The notes under the pieces were generated by a model. The model was not told the DNA's origin. It saw nothing but the letters and a program-made list of their open reading frames with translations, and did not search any database. A stretch of 64,000 bases of DNA from Moniliella sp. 'wahieum' (lineage: Eukaryota), in NCBI GenBank assembly GCA_003971905.1, contig RSEE01000020.1, forward strand, positions 124,001 through 188,000, given 5' to 3'. A program made the position numbers and the translations under genes. Below, piece by piece: positions 1-12,305 of the stretch (its first letter is position 1; every line of letters starts with the position of its first letter).

Positions 1-1583
1 GACTCGACGCACACGCCTTGGAGCCCATTGAGGTCCTCCAGCCGAGCCCACACCCCAGCCGAGTCCCCAGCCCTAGCCCCAACGTGACTCTCAACACGTC
101 TGAGCAAGAGCGAAATGAGCGCGTACGCCGTCTTCGGCGCGTGTCCTACGTCCCGGCATTTGTCGACGATCGCCTAGCCGCCGATGATCCGCGTGCCCAA
201 TCTTTTGCCCAGGAACAGGGCATGTGGTACTGGAGCCCCCATCTCACAATTTGACCCGGCGGGACGTGGAGCATTGGCTTGCATGGCGCTATATGGCATG
301 CATCTTGCCGATCTTGAGGCAGAAGCAAGCGACCCGCATTCCCAAGCCCGCAATGCCAACGCATCCCCTGCTCCACCCTCCTGGTCCGAACCCCAAGGCC
401 GTCGGCCGGGGCTGGTGGATGTGATTCCTCGGCGTAAGGATACGCGGGAATGGGAACATGTCGAGACGCGCGCACGACCTGGGGAATGGAACGACCCCGT
501 CCATGGCAACGGCTAGACTTTTTGCGCTATTGCCGTGAACTGATTGAGGCTCGCCAAGGATTTAGCCTTCCTCTCCAAATTGAAGGGAGGGATCCAAAGT
601 GGCTCATGAAGGACCCCACAACGGGGGAAGTGATGCACCGTGTCATGCGTCTCACTATTGATCCCGTCCGTACCACAGCGCGGCCACTTTTATTATACCT
701 CTTAGTCAACTCGTTGAGCTATCTCGAGATCGCCTGGGTGCGCCGTCATGGGTTTCAACAAGAACAAGAGGGACGCTTGCGTTACCTCATTTACCGCCCA
801 TCTGGCTGGACTCCTGAAAAAGCTGCCAAGGACCAAACCTCCTTCACTCGCCCTCTGGTCGTCTTTCACGGGCTTGGTATCGGGCTGGCGCAGTATGACT
901 CGGTGCTCAAGCTCCTAGTCCAAACCCCCGAGTTTAAGGACCGACCCATTCTCGTCCCTCGGCAAGATCAAATCTCCATGTCAATCTTTAGCCGAGACTA
1001 CCTGGATCCGCTGGCGCACCACGAGACCACCCAGTACTTGCATCACATTATGGCCCGCGAGGGCTGGCTTGACCCCAAGGTAGGAATTGAAATCCTGGGG
1101 CACTCGTGGGGTACGATTGTAGCGTCGTGGACGCTCAAGTCGATGAACACGTTGGTCAAGCGATGCTGTCTGGTGGATCCCGTCTGTTTCCAGCTGTGGG
1201 TCCCGCACGTATGCTTTAATTTTGTCTATCGCCGTGCCGACGACGCGATTTCCCTGATGATGCGGTACTTTGTGGCGCGCGAGGTGGGCACGGCCAACGT
1301 GCTGTGTCGCTACTTTGATTGGTCCTCCAACATTCTCTGGCCCGAGGAGATCCCCTGCCTCGACGATCCCAACCGGGTGCTCATCATGCTGGCGACGAAC
1401 GATGCCATTCTAGATTATAAGAGCAACTACGACTACCTGGCTGCTCATGGCATGCGCGACTTTAGCCAAGGCGGTGGACTGTTTGTTGGCCCCGGGCTGG
1501 CCCATGGCGAGCTGCTCCTGCCTCACTGCCAGGGTCTCGAACTCATTCACCAGTTCTTTACCCAGAAGAGAAAGGCAGAGTAG
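1..1583 (+). CDS. Alpha/beta-hydrolase fold protein (5' part frameshifted, may start upstream of the window)
   Basis: ORF 450-1583 has PLVVFHGLGIG, nucleophile elbow GHSWGT, LVDPVCF and a late His (GLAHGE). ORFs 18-254 and 184-516 look like frameshifted upstream parts. Confidence 0.8.
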
Positions 1584-3100
1584 CCCCCATGTATTCCCTC
1601 ATCGATCCTCATCGATCATCTTTCATGCATATGTGTCTTCTCGCTCTTCTCTCGATGTAGCAAATAAAACGGGGCTAGACTCGATCGGTTCGCCTTTTGG
1701 CCAGCCACGGAGAGCGATAATCGATAATCGATAAGGGACGCGAAGAGTGCGTACCCAAATTACTGACACTCCAAGCGCAGCGGGGCAACGGGAGTTCTAC
1801 TATGTTGCTGATAACCCGTCGGTGCATCATTCTCCAATATCTGCCTCCCTCTGCAGTGGAGAGGAAACGAATATATTCTTGACTTGCCTACTTAGCTCAC
1901 ATATGAATAGCAGTGTGCACTCTGCAACACACCATCAACTGCCTGTGCTCTGGTGTTCGACACAATTCTCGTTCCAACAATTAACGTTCAACTTGAACAA
2001 ACCCCCAGTGACTATAGTGACTAGTGAACGTTGAACGTTCAACGTTGAACCACAGAGCATTAGACTGATGCCGGCGAAATGGCGCGTCGTGGATGCATGA
2101 TGCACATCATGATGCACGCAATGCACACTGTACGCGAAAGCGGTAACGAACCCGAGAGAACGCGTACCCCCTATTATAGCGCGGCTTACATCGCTGTAAT
2201 GTCTTATAGCTACTAACTACTAGCTCGGAACGCGTACGCGTAACTGAATAAGCACTAATAGTCGCTACAGACTAGACCCATGTGCATGACACTCTATAAT
2301 TTAACGCGTAAAGCTAAAGCTCCTAAAGGCCAAAGTTGACTTTTGTAGCAGAAGGAGGACTAGTGACCCTGTCGCGTGGCACGATGGGCGCATGGCCCAA
2401 ATAATGCGGCGGAGGTTCTGTCATGTCACATGTCATCAAGCATCAATCATTTGTCCAAATTTCCAACCGAGTATGTGCAGCCTTGGGCGCCTAGCCGCAC
2501 GTCATGTGTGATGTCACGTGGCTGGGTATGTGAGGAAGTGTGTGTGTATTGTGAAGCATGTGACAGAGCATGTCAGCCGCCCGATCTACCCCGAATGAGG
2601 CCAGCTGGCAGCCATTCGGTGCTGGGCCTTATATACCTCGTACGCGTTAGGCGGTTCAATCTTCCCCCGCACTTCTTCAGGCTCTCAGGCTCAGGCTCGG
2701 GCCCTCCCCCAAGCGCCATCGGATACAAAGGGGGCTCTCCTCTGCCCGCACCCGAGCAGGCCAACGCACGGTCCAATCGTACTATTATCGTCCGTGCAAA
2801 AGCAAAAGCTTGTCTTCCTTCGACGCGTGTTGTGGGCACTTGTAGGCAAGCATCCGCAGCGCTGTACTTTGCGGTCCTTGCTTTGCCACATCTGTAGCCT
2901 CTCGGATCGTAGATCCACTAGTTTCTCGTCACTCTTCCAGCTTCAGATCTCCGTAGTGTGTCACATGTGACAGGTGACAGGTGCTGTGGTGGCGTGTCCT
3001 TGTCATATGTCACACTGTATCACTCGCCCGCTCCCCAGGGCAAGTAGGGCTATAGTAGGGGCCAGCCAGCCATTTTCAAGGCGCCGGCCTCCGCCTGTCG

Positions 3101-3155
3101 GGCGGGCGGCGACGATCAGGCCCGGCAGAGGCCGGCGGGCGGCGACGATCAGGCC
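3101..3155. repeat. Short direct repeat, 2 x ~22 bp GGCGGGCGGCGACGATCAGGCC, upstream of the GPI-protein gene
   Basis: Seen directly in sequence. Confidence 0.7.
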
Positions 3156-3422
3156 AGCACAGTTTCATGCCGGCCTCCCAGGTGCGGACGCGCCTTTGCG
3201 GGGACGGCGCCCAGGAGACAACTGGGGCCCTCCGCGGGAGGGTTTGCTTGGTGCCGGTGATTGCGCTTGCTTCTGGCACTTCTCGGATCCCATTGCGCCC
3301 CGTCATGGTTCTTTATAACTGAGGCGACTGCGCCTGTAAAAAGCAGCCTCGACCTCCCTTTCCCCCTCCCCCGCCGTTCTCCTCTTCTCTTTGCTCTCTC
3401 TGCGCCCGCCCGCTCGTTCGCC

Positions 3423-4105
3423 ATGCAGATCTACTCTGTCGTCGCTCTCCTCGGCGCCGCCGTGGTTGTCCTGGCTGCCGGCAAGCCCTCCGTCGTCACC
3501 CCCACCACCACTCTCATTACTGGTGTGCCCATGCAGATCCAATGGACCGACGGCACCGCCCCCTTCACCCTCGTCATTAATACGTTTGCTGTATGTTTTC
3601 CCTTGTTGTTGTTTCCTGTCGGGTACTAACCTTCCAACCTGTGCAGAACGGCGTAGCGACGGGCGTCCTCAAGACGGAGACTGGTGCCAAGTCGCCCGTC
3701 ACCTACACGCCGCCGGCCAGCGCCGCCGGCAAGATGCTCCAGTTCGACGTTACTGACGCCACTGGCGCTCTTGGTCAGTCGGGTGCAACCCAGGCTGTCA
3801 TCGCCGGTCCGGGCGGTTCAGGCTCCAGTCCGGCAAGCAGCAGCGCTTCTTCATCGGTCGCTGCCACCTCTGCGACGAGCTCCGCGGCTGCCGCCTCCAG
3901 CCCGGCGGCATCGTCCGCTGGCAAGCCTTCGTCGGTGGCCAAGTCGTCGGAGGCCAACTCATCTGCCGACGTCAAGTCAGCCGCCTCGTCCTCGGCGGCC
4001 CCCGCGGCTGTGACGTCGTCCAAAAAGTCGCCTGCCTCCAACGTGCGTGTTGCTTCGGTGGCTGTGGCTGGTATGGTGGGCATTGCGGCCGCTGCCCTTC
4101 TCTAA
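3423..4105 (+). CDS. Small secreted Ser/Ala-rich, probably GPI-anchored cell-wall protein; intron 3591-3646
   Basis: Signal peptide MQIYSVVALLGAAVVVLA. The GTATGT..TACTAAC..GTGCAG intron joins the frames exactly (…INTFA|NGVAT…). Ser/Ala stalk and hydrophobic C-terminus VAGMVGIAAAALL. Confidence 0.85.
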
Positions 4106-5087
4106 CGATCCGTATACGTTGTTGAGAGAGACGGTAACGACTTGCTCGGCCGAGTTCTATAGACTGCTTCCCGCTTGGTCGCCACGTTGTAACCTTCCAC
4201 CTCGGACCCTCCGGATATGCTTCTACCTTCTTTCCCCTTCCGGCGCTCATTTCCTGTTTAGATCCTTGTCTGTCTCCAAGTCATCCTCTTATTCACGCTG
4301 TTTGCACCCGTTTCCACCCTCCCCACAGGTGTTACCTTTTAGCTAAAAAGTTCTTAGCTCCTTCGAGGGTCATTATGCTGCATCAGATCGGGGCTGTATC
4401 GCCCCGTTTGATGCCGGCGAGAGAGGGTTCATCATTCGATTCTTCTTCGTGCAAGGCCATGTCTACTGTGGTTAAGTATTGGAGTGCATAGCATTGTTAG
4501 CAACCCATCTTGAAGTCATTCCGCTGTTCAAGGGGATACGAAAAGCAGTCAGTACCTGCAACGCCGAAATGTTGGCTTGAGCTGTCATAGAGGTAGGTAC
4601 ATAGTACAAGAACTATCGTATGGTTGTGGCTTCACTACGAAAGAGGGGAGCTTCATCCATCCGAGAGCAGACAATTCAATTCAATACGAGAACCCCGCGG
4701 TAGGGAAAGGGAGAACAGGAGAACAGAAGGAAAAGGAACCGTCGGTTCGAGAAAACAGAGCATCCGACGGTGTCGGATGCGTCCGGCAGTTGGCCGGAGG
4801 GACCAAATGATTTGATCATTGTATGCTCTCCAACAATGGCGCATGAGTAGGTGGATAAACCCTGAGGCAGGGCCGAGGGAGCGACGTGCTCGACCTCGTT
4901 AAATCTGTCCTTCTCATCGCTCATCAGGAGAGAGTATCCACTCTCCAGTTGGACATCTTCCTTCCGTACATTCAACATACCCTATGTATGCTGGATTTGA
5001 TGGTGGGGCGCTGGGCCGTGGAACAAAAGGGCCAGTGGCGCTAATCCAAAACAAAAGTTCAAGTAAAAGTAAACCGGATGGCGGTTA

Positions 5088-5980
5088 CTACGGCAGGTGA
5101 ATGTTGCATGGGTAGTCCGTGCCGCGTTGGAGGTCAAAAACGCGATGCTTCGAGGCCTTTTCGGCCGAGATGCGCAGGCTGGGTTGGGCTCGAGAAGTTG
5201 ACCGACAAGGTCCCGGAAACAAACGTCGTAGGTCATGTACTTTGCTTCGTTCTGATGATGGTACTGGTACCGAGAAAGTGGGGTCGATGAGATCGGTTTG
5301 GTGGTGCGCACAGTGCCATCGGGGAAGAAGAGCTGCTGACGCTTGTCGGTGGCAAGGTTGGCCAGCAGGCTGTTGGGCATCACACCCAGCGCGCTTTGCA
5401 TCTGCGCCAAGAGCGGGGTGTCGCTGGCCTTCAAGGCGTGCTTCTGTGCTTTGTACTGGTTGTACGCCTCCTGCGTCCGCCAGACACCACACGCATGCGG
5501 TCCAAATGGAAGCTTGCCCGCCATCAGCTCCAGCATCACACCCCAGCTGCCCACATGTCGAGGGGGGCCGACCAGGCGTGGGTGCCAAGGAGCGCTCGGG
5601 GGGAAGATAGGCCTTGGGAAGCGCACTCGGTTTGGTGCTGGGGCGAATGCGGATGTTACCCGCACCAGTCATGGGGACCATTGGCGAGAGAAGAACGGAA
5701 CCACCTCGCCGTTCTTGGAGGGATTGGGGATGGGAACAGCGGTGGTGCTGTCGAACCGAATGTGTTCTGCGGTCAGATTGCCATGGACGAAGCCCTGGTC
5801 GTGGAGGGAGGCCAGAAAGAGGAGGCGTTGCTTCATGATGGCCTGGATGTGCTTAGTGACACATGATGCTGTTCGCCCACCCCAGACATTGTCTCATGCT
5901 TTCAACCTCCATTTGTGGCGGCAGCCTCTCTCTCAAGAGATGAGTGAGTTGTTTTGGGGTGAATTGATACCTATGATCTG
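5088..5980 (-). CDS. CMGC (CLK/LAMMER-like) kinase-fold protein, probable pseudokinase; frameshifted, 5' end undefined
   Basis: Stitched frames read HIQAIMKQRLLFLASLHDQGFVHGNLTAEHIRF…YLPPE…LELMAGKLPF…FRDLVGQLLEPNPSLRISAEKASKHRVF, matching subdomains VIa-XI. Confidence 0.7.
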
Positions 5981-7974
5981 TAGGAAGCACAAAGACTCCT
6001 TCCCCCTCTCTCTTTGTTTACCGACCGTCGCTCCACATCTCTCCGGCACGGTCCTGGAAATGTGGAAAAAGGGACTGGCATACGCGTACCGAATAACATA
6101 TCGGAGAAGCTACCCATTCAAGTTGAGCAAGACTTTCTTGCCAGTCATTGGTCGCGGCCCCGGAAGCAGAAGGGGGGTTCCTGCGCATGAATGAGCTGTG
6201 GACGTTACTGCGTCAGCAGCGGCACCAGTAATGAATCTGCACCTGCGCCTGCGCTTGCACCTGCATCTGCATCTGCACCCACAGCCGTGCCAACAAAAAC
6301 CCAACTCGGGCAGAGGCTGTCGCCAGCCCCGCCTTCATCCGTGGCGCCCGTTCTTGCACGAGATATACCTCCTCTCAATCTCCGAAGAAGGGGCCATTAT
6401 GTGTTCCTTTTCTTCTTTCTGTAGCCATGCAGTCCCTCGTCGATGTGGGTCTAGCTTGGCCTCAACTACTAAATGTTTCCCTAGTGTAAAAGTCTCGTGG
6501 GTTGGCTCGAAGTACCACTACCCCATAAATACCCCACTCTCCTAGTACGATTGCATCGCACGTACTATGCAAAAGAAAGCCATACCATGCAGGGCTTCTC
6601 TAGGATGATGTTTAACCACTGTGGTGTCGGATCCTCTCCTATCCCAGGAAGCGCAATAGGATTGTTTCCTTAGTGCCATGGGCCTCGCCCTCTCATGTGT
6701 ATTAGCAAGTGGGATAGGATTGTTCGACGGGAGTGGGAAATCAAAACGGAGGAACCAGAGATGTCTCTCGTGTGGTGTGTCATGTGAGCAACCTCAGACT
6801 CAACGCCCTCTCTCCATAAGGATGATCATCCTCCATCACGCCCTTCATATCAATTTAGGAGCCGCAACACCACACCTTCCATCCGCTCTGCGACCTGAGC
6901 GCGGGCGCTTTGCTGTTACTAACATCTCAGCTTAGGGGCATTCCCCTTATTGATGAAAATATACTAATAGTGAGCGAGACTTTTTGCCGGCAAACCCTCT
7001 CAGACCCAACGACGATAGTGATGTTTGTGAGAGTGAGGAGACGCAGGAGAGAAATAAATAAACTGATTGTGGGTAACGGGAACCGGTAACCAGCCAATCA
7101 GGGAATGGAGGAGGTGGGGATCCGGACCCTGTTTTGCTTTTATTGGGACTTTTGTTTATGGTCACGGAAACGAGCGTCCTCGCTGCCCCCTTCGTGGTCG
7201 AGAGAGTGCTGCATATTGCACGACAAGGTCGTCAGGGTCACATTACGGAGAATCTTTCAGGGAATTACTATTATCGAAGCCATATGGCAACTTGGCTACC
7301 CCTCTTCCTTCATCTCTCCCTGTCCTGTGCATGGCGTATGTGTAAGAGAGGGCGATATGAGTCATAGTCTGACTGAGTGTGCCCACGGCCGGGGGGACAT
7401 ATATATCCCCGACACTCACGTCCGCAACGAACCTATGGTGGAGGAAGAGGATGGGACGAGGCGCGGACGGGGGGCACAGCCCACCGACTACCGCGTGATG
7501 GGGCTCGGAGCACTCGGAGGATCAGGAATGGAGGTAGACCACACGCTGCGTGACACGGGATCGCAGGAAGCGCAGAGCGCGTACCGGAGGGTGGTGCATG
7601 AGAGCACCGCGATGCCCTTAGAACGCAGGGAGAAGGGCTGATTCGGCTGCTTGAACAAGCAGAATGCGACAAGAACGCCAAGTACCACAGGGACGCACTC
7701 AAGAGCCGTTTTCCCCCCTGGTTTTGACGACGCGAGGATACTACGGCACCAAGACGGCGGGGAAGTTGTTTGCGCATTGGGAGGATTTAGCTACTGAGTC
7801 TCAATGGAAATGGTTCCTCGCTCGGATGTCAACCACGTTCATCCGTGTCCACACGCGCTTCCTAGGGTACGGGACCGGATGACGAGAACCAGAGGGTCCT
7901 GATATCCGGGCGATCCCCTGGTTCCTTGACCTTGATGGCGCGTCCAAGTAACCCCCGCAAGATGAACGGTTCGG

Positions 7975-8027
7975 TTTAGACGTAGCGTTCCCCCTGTCCC
8001 AGCCTTAAGCTCTGTCAATGATATGGA
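7975..8027 (+). repeat. Dispersed ~53-bp repeat, copy 1 (possible transposon terminus)
   Basis: TTTAGACGTAGCGTTCCCCCTGTCCCAGCCTTAAGCTCTGTCAATGATATGGA matches the reverse complement of ~56647-56699 with about 4 mismatches, and partly matches 54753-54780 and 8364-8379. Confidence 0.8.
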
Positions 8028-9201
8028 TTCAAAGAGAGAAGAGAGACGGCGTCGAAAAGGAGAGGTTGAAGTGACGTACGACAAAGAGTACGGTCGCGGG
8101 GGAGGGCGGGCGTTGTTAAGGTGGATCGATCGTCGATATCCGTCAATAACCGCGGCGGGTATTATAACCGTGCCTTCTCGCGCTCTGTCGATGGATATCT
8201 GCGCTTTTTGGAAACGAATATGGTGGGGAGACCAACGGTCTGTGTTGTGGCCTCTGCTGACGGCACTACATGTGACCTGCGGCCCCTACTTGGATCGGCG
8301 CAAAATGCGGCAGCAAACGCCAGATGTGATGGATGAGATCTGAGAGAGCCGGGTAGGCGAAGAAGCGTTTCCCCTGTCCTTGCCCAGTAGGAGATACAAT
8401 ACGTCTGCAACCGAGGATAGGATCGATAGGCACTGTGGGTATGCATGTGACAAGTGTGTTGTGACACATGTCAGTCACACTCGAAGGTTGATGCATGATG
8501 ATGCATGATGATGTGCGGAGATTGGGTGGAGCTTTCGACAGGCACTTGCCCTCGGCCCAACCCAACTCGTCTGGGCCACTGACTCATTAGACGCCACACG
8601 CCACTGCTGCTGAGTACCGAGTACTATAGCTATAGTATACTGAGTACGAGTGTCCCACGTGGATCGTCTAACGTACTCTAACGTACAGGCGCGGCAAATA
8701 CGTCACAAACGTTAAATTAAGGGCCACAGTAGAATGGATCGTCAACATCGTTTCGTCATCAAGAGAATCCATTTGCATTATCGATTGTCCATCGTCGAAG
8801 ACATGTCCATCATCGCGCTGCGTCTCCCTCCTGGCCGAGACCAACACTTGCGGATCTCAGTTGCTGCGCTGCAAGACTCCCTCCGTATGATAGGGACCGC
8901 GGTACCTGTAGGAAGCGCACGGCGCAGTGCCACCCACTTTTTGTATGCGATCGCAAGATGAATGATGGTGAATTCACCATCAAGAGGACCTTTACCGGTT
9001 ACCAGCTTCAAGCTTCACTGGCTTTTCACAACTTCACCGGTCACAGACTTGCGCTGTTTGCACTGTTGTGCGCGCACAAAGCCCACAACCTTTTGCTCCA
9101 GTTGTGCTCCGGGGTGACGTCGAAAGGGCCAGGAAGGAAGCCCACACAGGGCACACCAAAAGAATGGGATTAGATCGATTATAGATCGTTTCGAGGTTGC
9201 C

Positions 9202-9232
9202 TGAAGCTTGAAGCTTGAAGCTTGAAGCTTGA
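9202..9232. repeat. (TGAAGCT)4 tandem heptamer
   Basis: Seen directly; member of the intergenic TGA+palindrome repeat family. Confidence 0.9.
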
Positions 9233-9891
9233 TGCTTTTGCTGGTTGAACGTTGAGAAGATGGAATATGGAAGGAGGGAACCGGGAATGTGGACTGTGGA
9301 ATGTTGCAAGGTGGGTTCGGCCTCTCAGATCTCAGACTGAGCTTCATGGTCCAGTCTACCAAACAGGTGTTGTGGCAGGGTGACGCAGGTGACGCCCGGT
9401 GACTGTGGCCCAAAACACCGTGATCCAGTGTTACATCTTGCCTGTCTTTCTGCCCAGGTTGAACGGTTGAGGTTGAGGTTGAGCGCTGAGCTCCAGCGCT
9501 GATCCTGTGCTAAGCCCCACACTCAACAGAGATCTGTGGGATTTGAGGCGAGTCACTAGTCACATGTCACAGTGACTCGCGAGTCACGCGTGATTAACTC
9601 GATTAACAGGATGAACGTGAACTAGGAGCTGAGCGACAGTAGGTTGCTATGTGAACAACTAACTTTTGCATACATCCCCTCTCTCACCCTGCGTACTACG
9701 TCCACAAACCTCGGTAGAATCGCAACTGCGGGGGAGTGGTGCGTGGCCATATTACAGTCAACGTTCAACCTGACTTATACCCTGCTCGATCTTATCCCTT
9801 CAGACTGAGGCGCTGAGGCGCTGATCGTCCTCCTCCCCGAGGCCTCGTGTTATGCCTCAGGCTGAGGCCTGCCTCAGGTGAGGGATCAGCC

Positions 9892-9923
9892 ACTAGTCAA
9901 CTAGTCAACTAGTCAACTAGTCA
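9892..9923. repeat. (ACTAGTCA)4 tandem octamer
   Basis: Seen directly. Confidence 0.9.
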
Positions 9924-10341
9924 AGTGGCGTCAGTTACTGCTGACTAAGTAGTCACGAGGAAGTGGTAGGCACTAGTCATAGTCATCGATCATCCTCAGC
10001 GCTCAACGTTCTACTGGCAAAGAAGTCCGCCGGTACAATGAATCGCATAAAGGTCCTCTGAGCTTCATCGTTCGGTTCTTTCCAATTCTCGATCTTATCC
10101 AACAAGCATATAACGGCCTGACACACCGCATGGGAGGAGCATGCTGTCGCAGGAATCGTATCGCGATGCTTCTGTAGGTCCACCGAGTAGAACGATTTAT
10201 AGCTGACACTCTCAGCGAGAGTAAACAGCCGGACCCCCTCCACCTTTCCCCCTTCCCCTCTACCGTTCCCTTCTCGACCGTGAATCGTACCCAGGCTGGA
10301 CCTGGCGTGGCTGGACCACTCTCTCATACGGCTGGACCGAC

Positions 10342-11848
10342 ATGTTCTTCTTCCATCTCTTGCTTTCCGTGGCCCTGGTGGCCAATGCTCTCCCTCTTCC
10401 CCCTTTTGCGGCGCCTGGAGCGTCGCGGACCCCACCTCTGCTGAGCAGTCGTCACCACCCCACCACCACCCCAACACCTCTCACTCCAACTCGTCTATTT
10501 CCCACTCGTATGCTTCCCACTCGTCTTCCTCCCATTCCTCTGCCTCCCACCATTCCTCTACCTCCCACACCCATTGGGCACCTTCCCATGCATCCTCGCT
10601 GCCGGATGGTGAAGTGGACGTGGGGTTCAATTTGACATTGGTCACACAGCGTGCGGTGGAGCTTTCGACGCAGAGCTGGGAGTTGGGCAGCACGTCCCAG
10701 TTGTTGCTCGAGATCTATTCTCCCCAGCATTGCATTTATGGCGACAAAGCCCTCAATGGCACCCAGCTGCCGACGATGCGTCCCTCCACCCCCGCCCTGG
10801 CCTACGCCAAGGAAGTCGTACACACCAAAACCTCCACCCTCGCGGATGGAAAAGGATCCTCGGGCGACCCGGCATCGTTGGGCGTTGCAGCCACGCTGCT
10901 GGGCGCAAGCACCCCCGTCTACGCTCACGCAGCTCAGCGTCAACTCGCCACTCTTCTGGAAACGATGACGTACCCCTCGGGTGCACTGAGCTCGCGCACC
11001 AACGAAGTGGCCTACTGGGCCGACTGGGTCGTATGTTCCCTCCCTTCCTTACCTCGACCGTATTACCGACGCACGGAACACTGACCGGATGGATGATGAT
11101 ATTCGGATCGCTTGCAATGCATCCAGTACATGGCGCCGCCCTTTTTAGCGTACCAAGCTGCGATCCAAGCCAATGCCTCCTTGCTTCGTACCACACTCGC
11201 TCAACTCTCCTTCTACAGCCAAGCATTGAGTTTGAACGACTCGAGCGCGCCCGCTGCGGTGCAAGGTCTGTGGAAGCACATCAACGGATCCTCTGCCCAG
11301 TCGGTGGGGTTGTGGACGACGGGTCAGGCGTGGGCGTTGAACGGGATGCTGCGGGTGCTGGCCACGATGCGCCATGTTCCCGCCTTGGCCGACTGGAAGG
11401 AAGCTAGGACGCTCTTGACCCAGATCGACGCCATTCTCCACCCGATTGTGACGTGTGTGGCGAGCGAGAAAGGGTGTGGGTTTGTGCAAGACGGACTGTT
11501 GCGGGGTACTTGCGCGGCGGGCCATCGGGCTGGAACGACACTTCCTCCTCTTGGCCGGGCGAGGTGAGTGGGACGGCAGGTGTGGCCAGTGCCTTGTTCC
11601 GCTATGTGGTGCTGGCGCCGTACTGGGGACAGTCGGTGGGATCGTCGTACTTTGATGTGGCAGACACGCTACGGGCCGCTGTGGCGCAGCACGTCAATGC
11701 CACTGGCTATGCGCAGCCGGCCATGAACCCGTACGACTGGACGGACCCCAGCACGGTGGACGCCAGCCCCGAGGGGCAGGTGTTTGTGGGCTTGATGGGC
11801 GCAGCGTACCGGGACTGTGTGGCAAAGCAGGTGTGTGCTGCGGCGTGA
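10342..11848 (+). CDS. Secreted six-hairpin glycosidase, GH105/GH88-like; intron 11031-11126; frameshifted
   Basis: Signal peptide MFFFHLLLSVALVANA. Motifs SWELG, GSSGDPASLGVA, YWADWV|YMAPPFLAY, GLWKHI, WTTGQAWALNGMLRV, EVSGTA and SPEGQVFV. Confidence 0.75.
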
Positions 11849-12305
11849 TGAGGGCGGCCATGGAGGATACGACGAGAGAAGTGGAGGGGGCATATGCAAT
11901 GGGATGCATGTGGGGAAGGACGAGGTCTGTAGGGGATAAGCGTGTGGGGCTGTGTGAGCAGCACAATGGAGGGCAGAGGCGCTGGTACAAGGCAGCGCCG
12001 GTCATGTGACCCAGTGGGTAGGCCGATGGTGTGCGGTGGCGTGCTGGGGGAGCAGAGCTTTTGAAAGTTGAGGCCCGGCGGAAGCTCCGCCTCAGCTCTG
12101 CGGCTGCGCTGCTGAGCGGCTGAGCGCGCTGAGCTCCACCGCTGGCTGCCAGCGATAGCCTGTGAGTGACATGTGACGGGGGCATGTGCCAGCGCCATCA
12201 CACACCCCGTTGTGCCCCACCTGGCCGACCTGATCTCCTCCTGCGCACATGTCACCGTGACACCCACCACACGCGTCTGCGCTGCCCCCCACCCCCACCC
12301 CGCAC

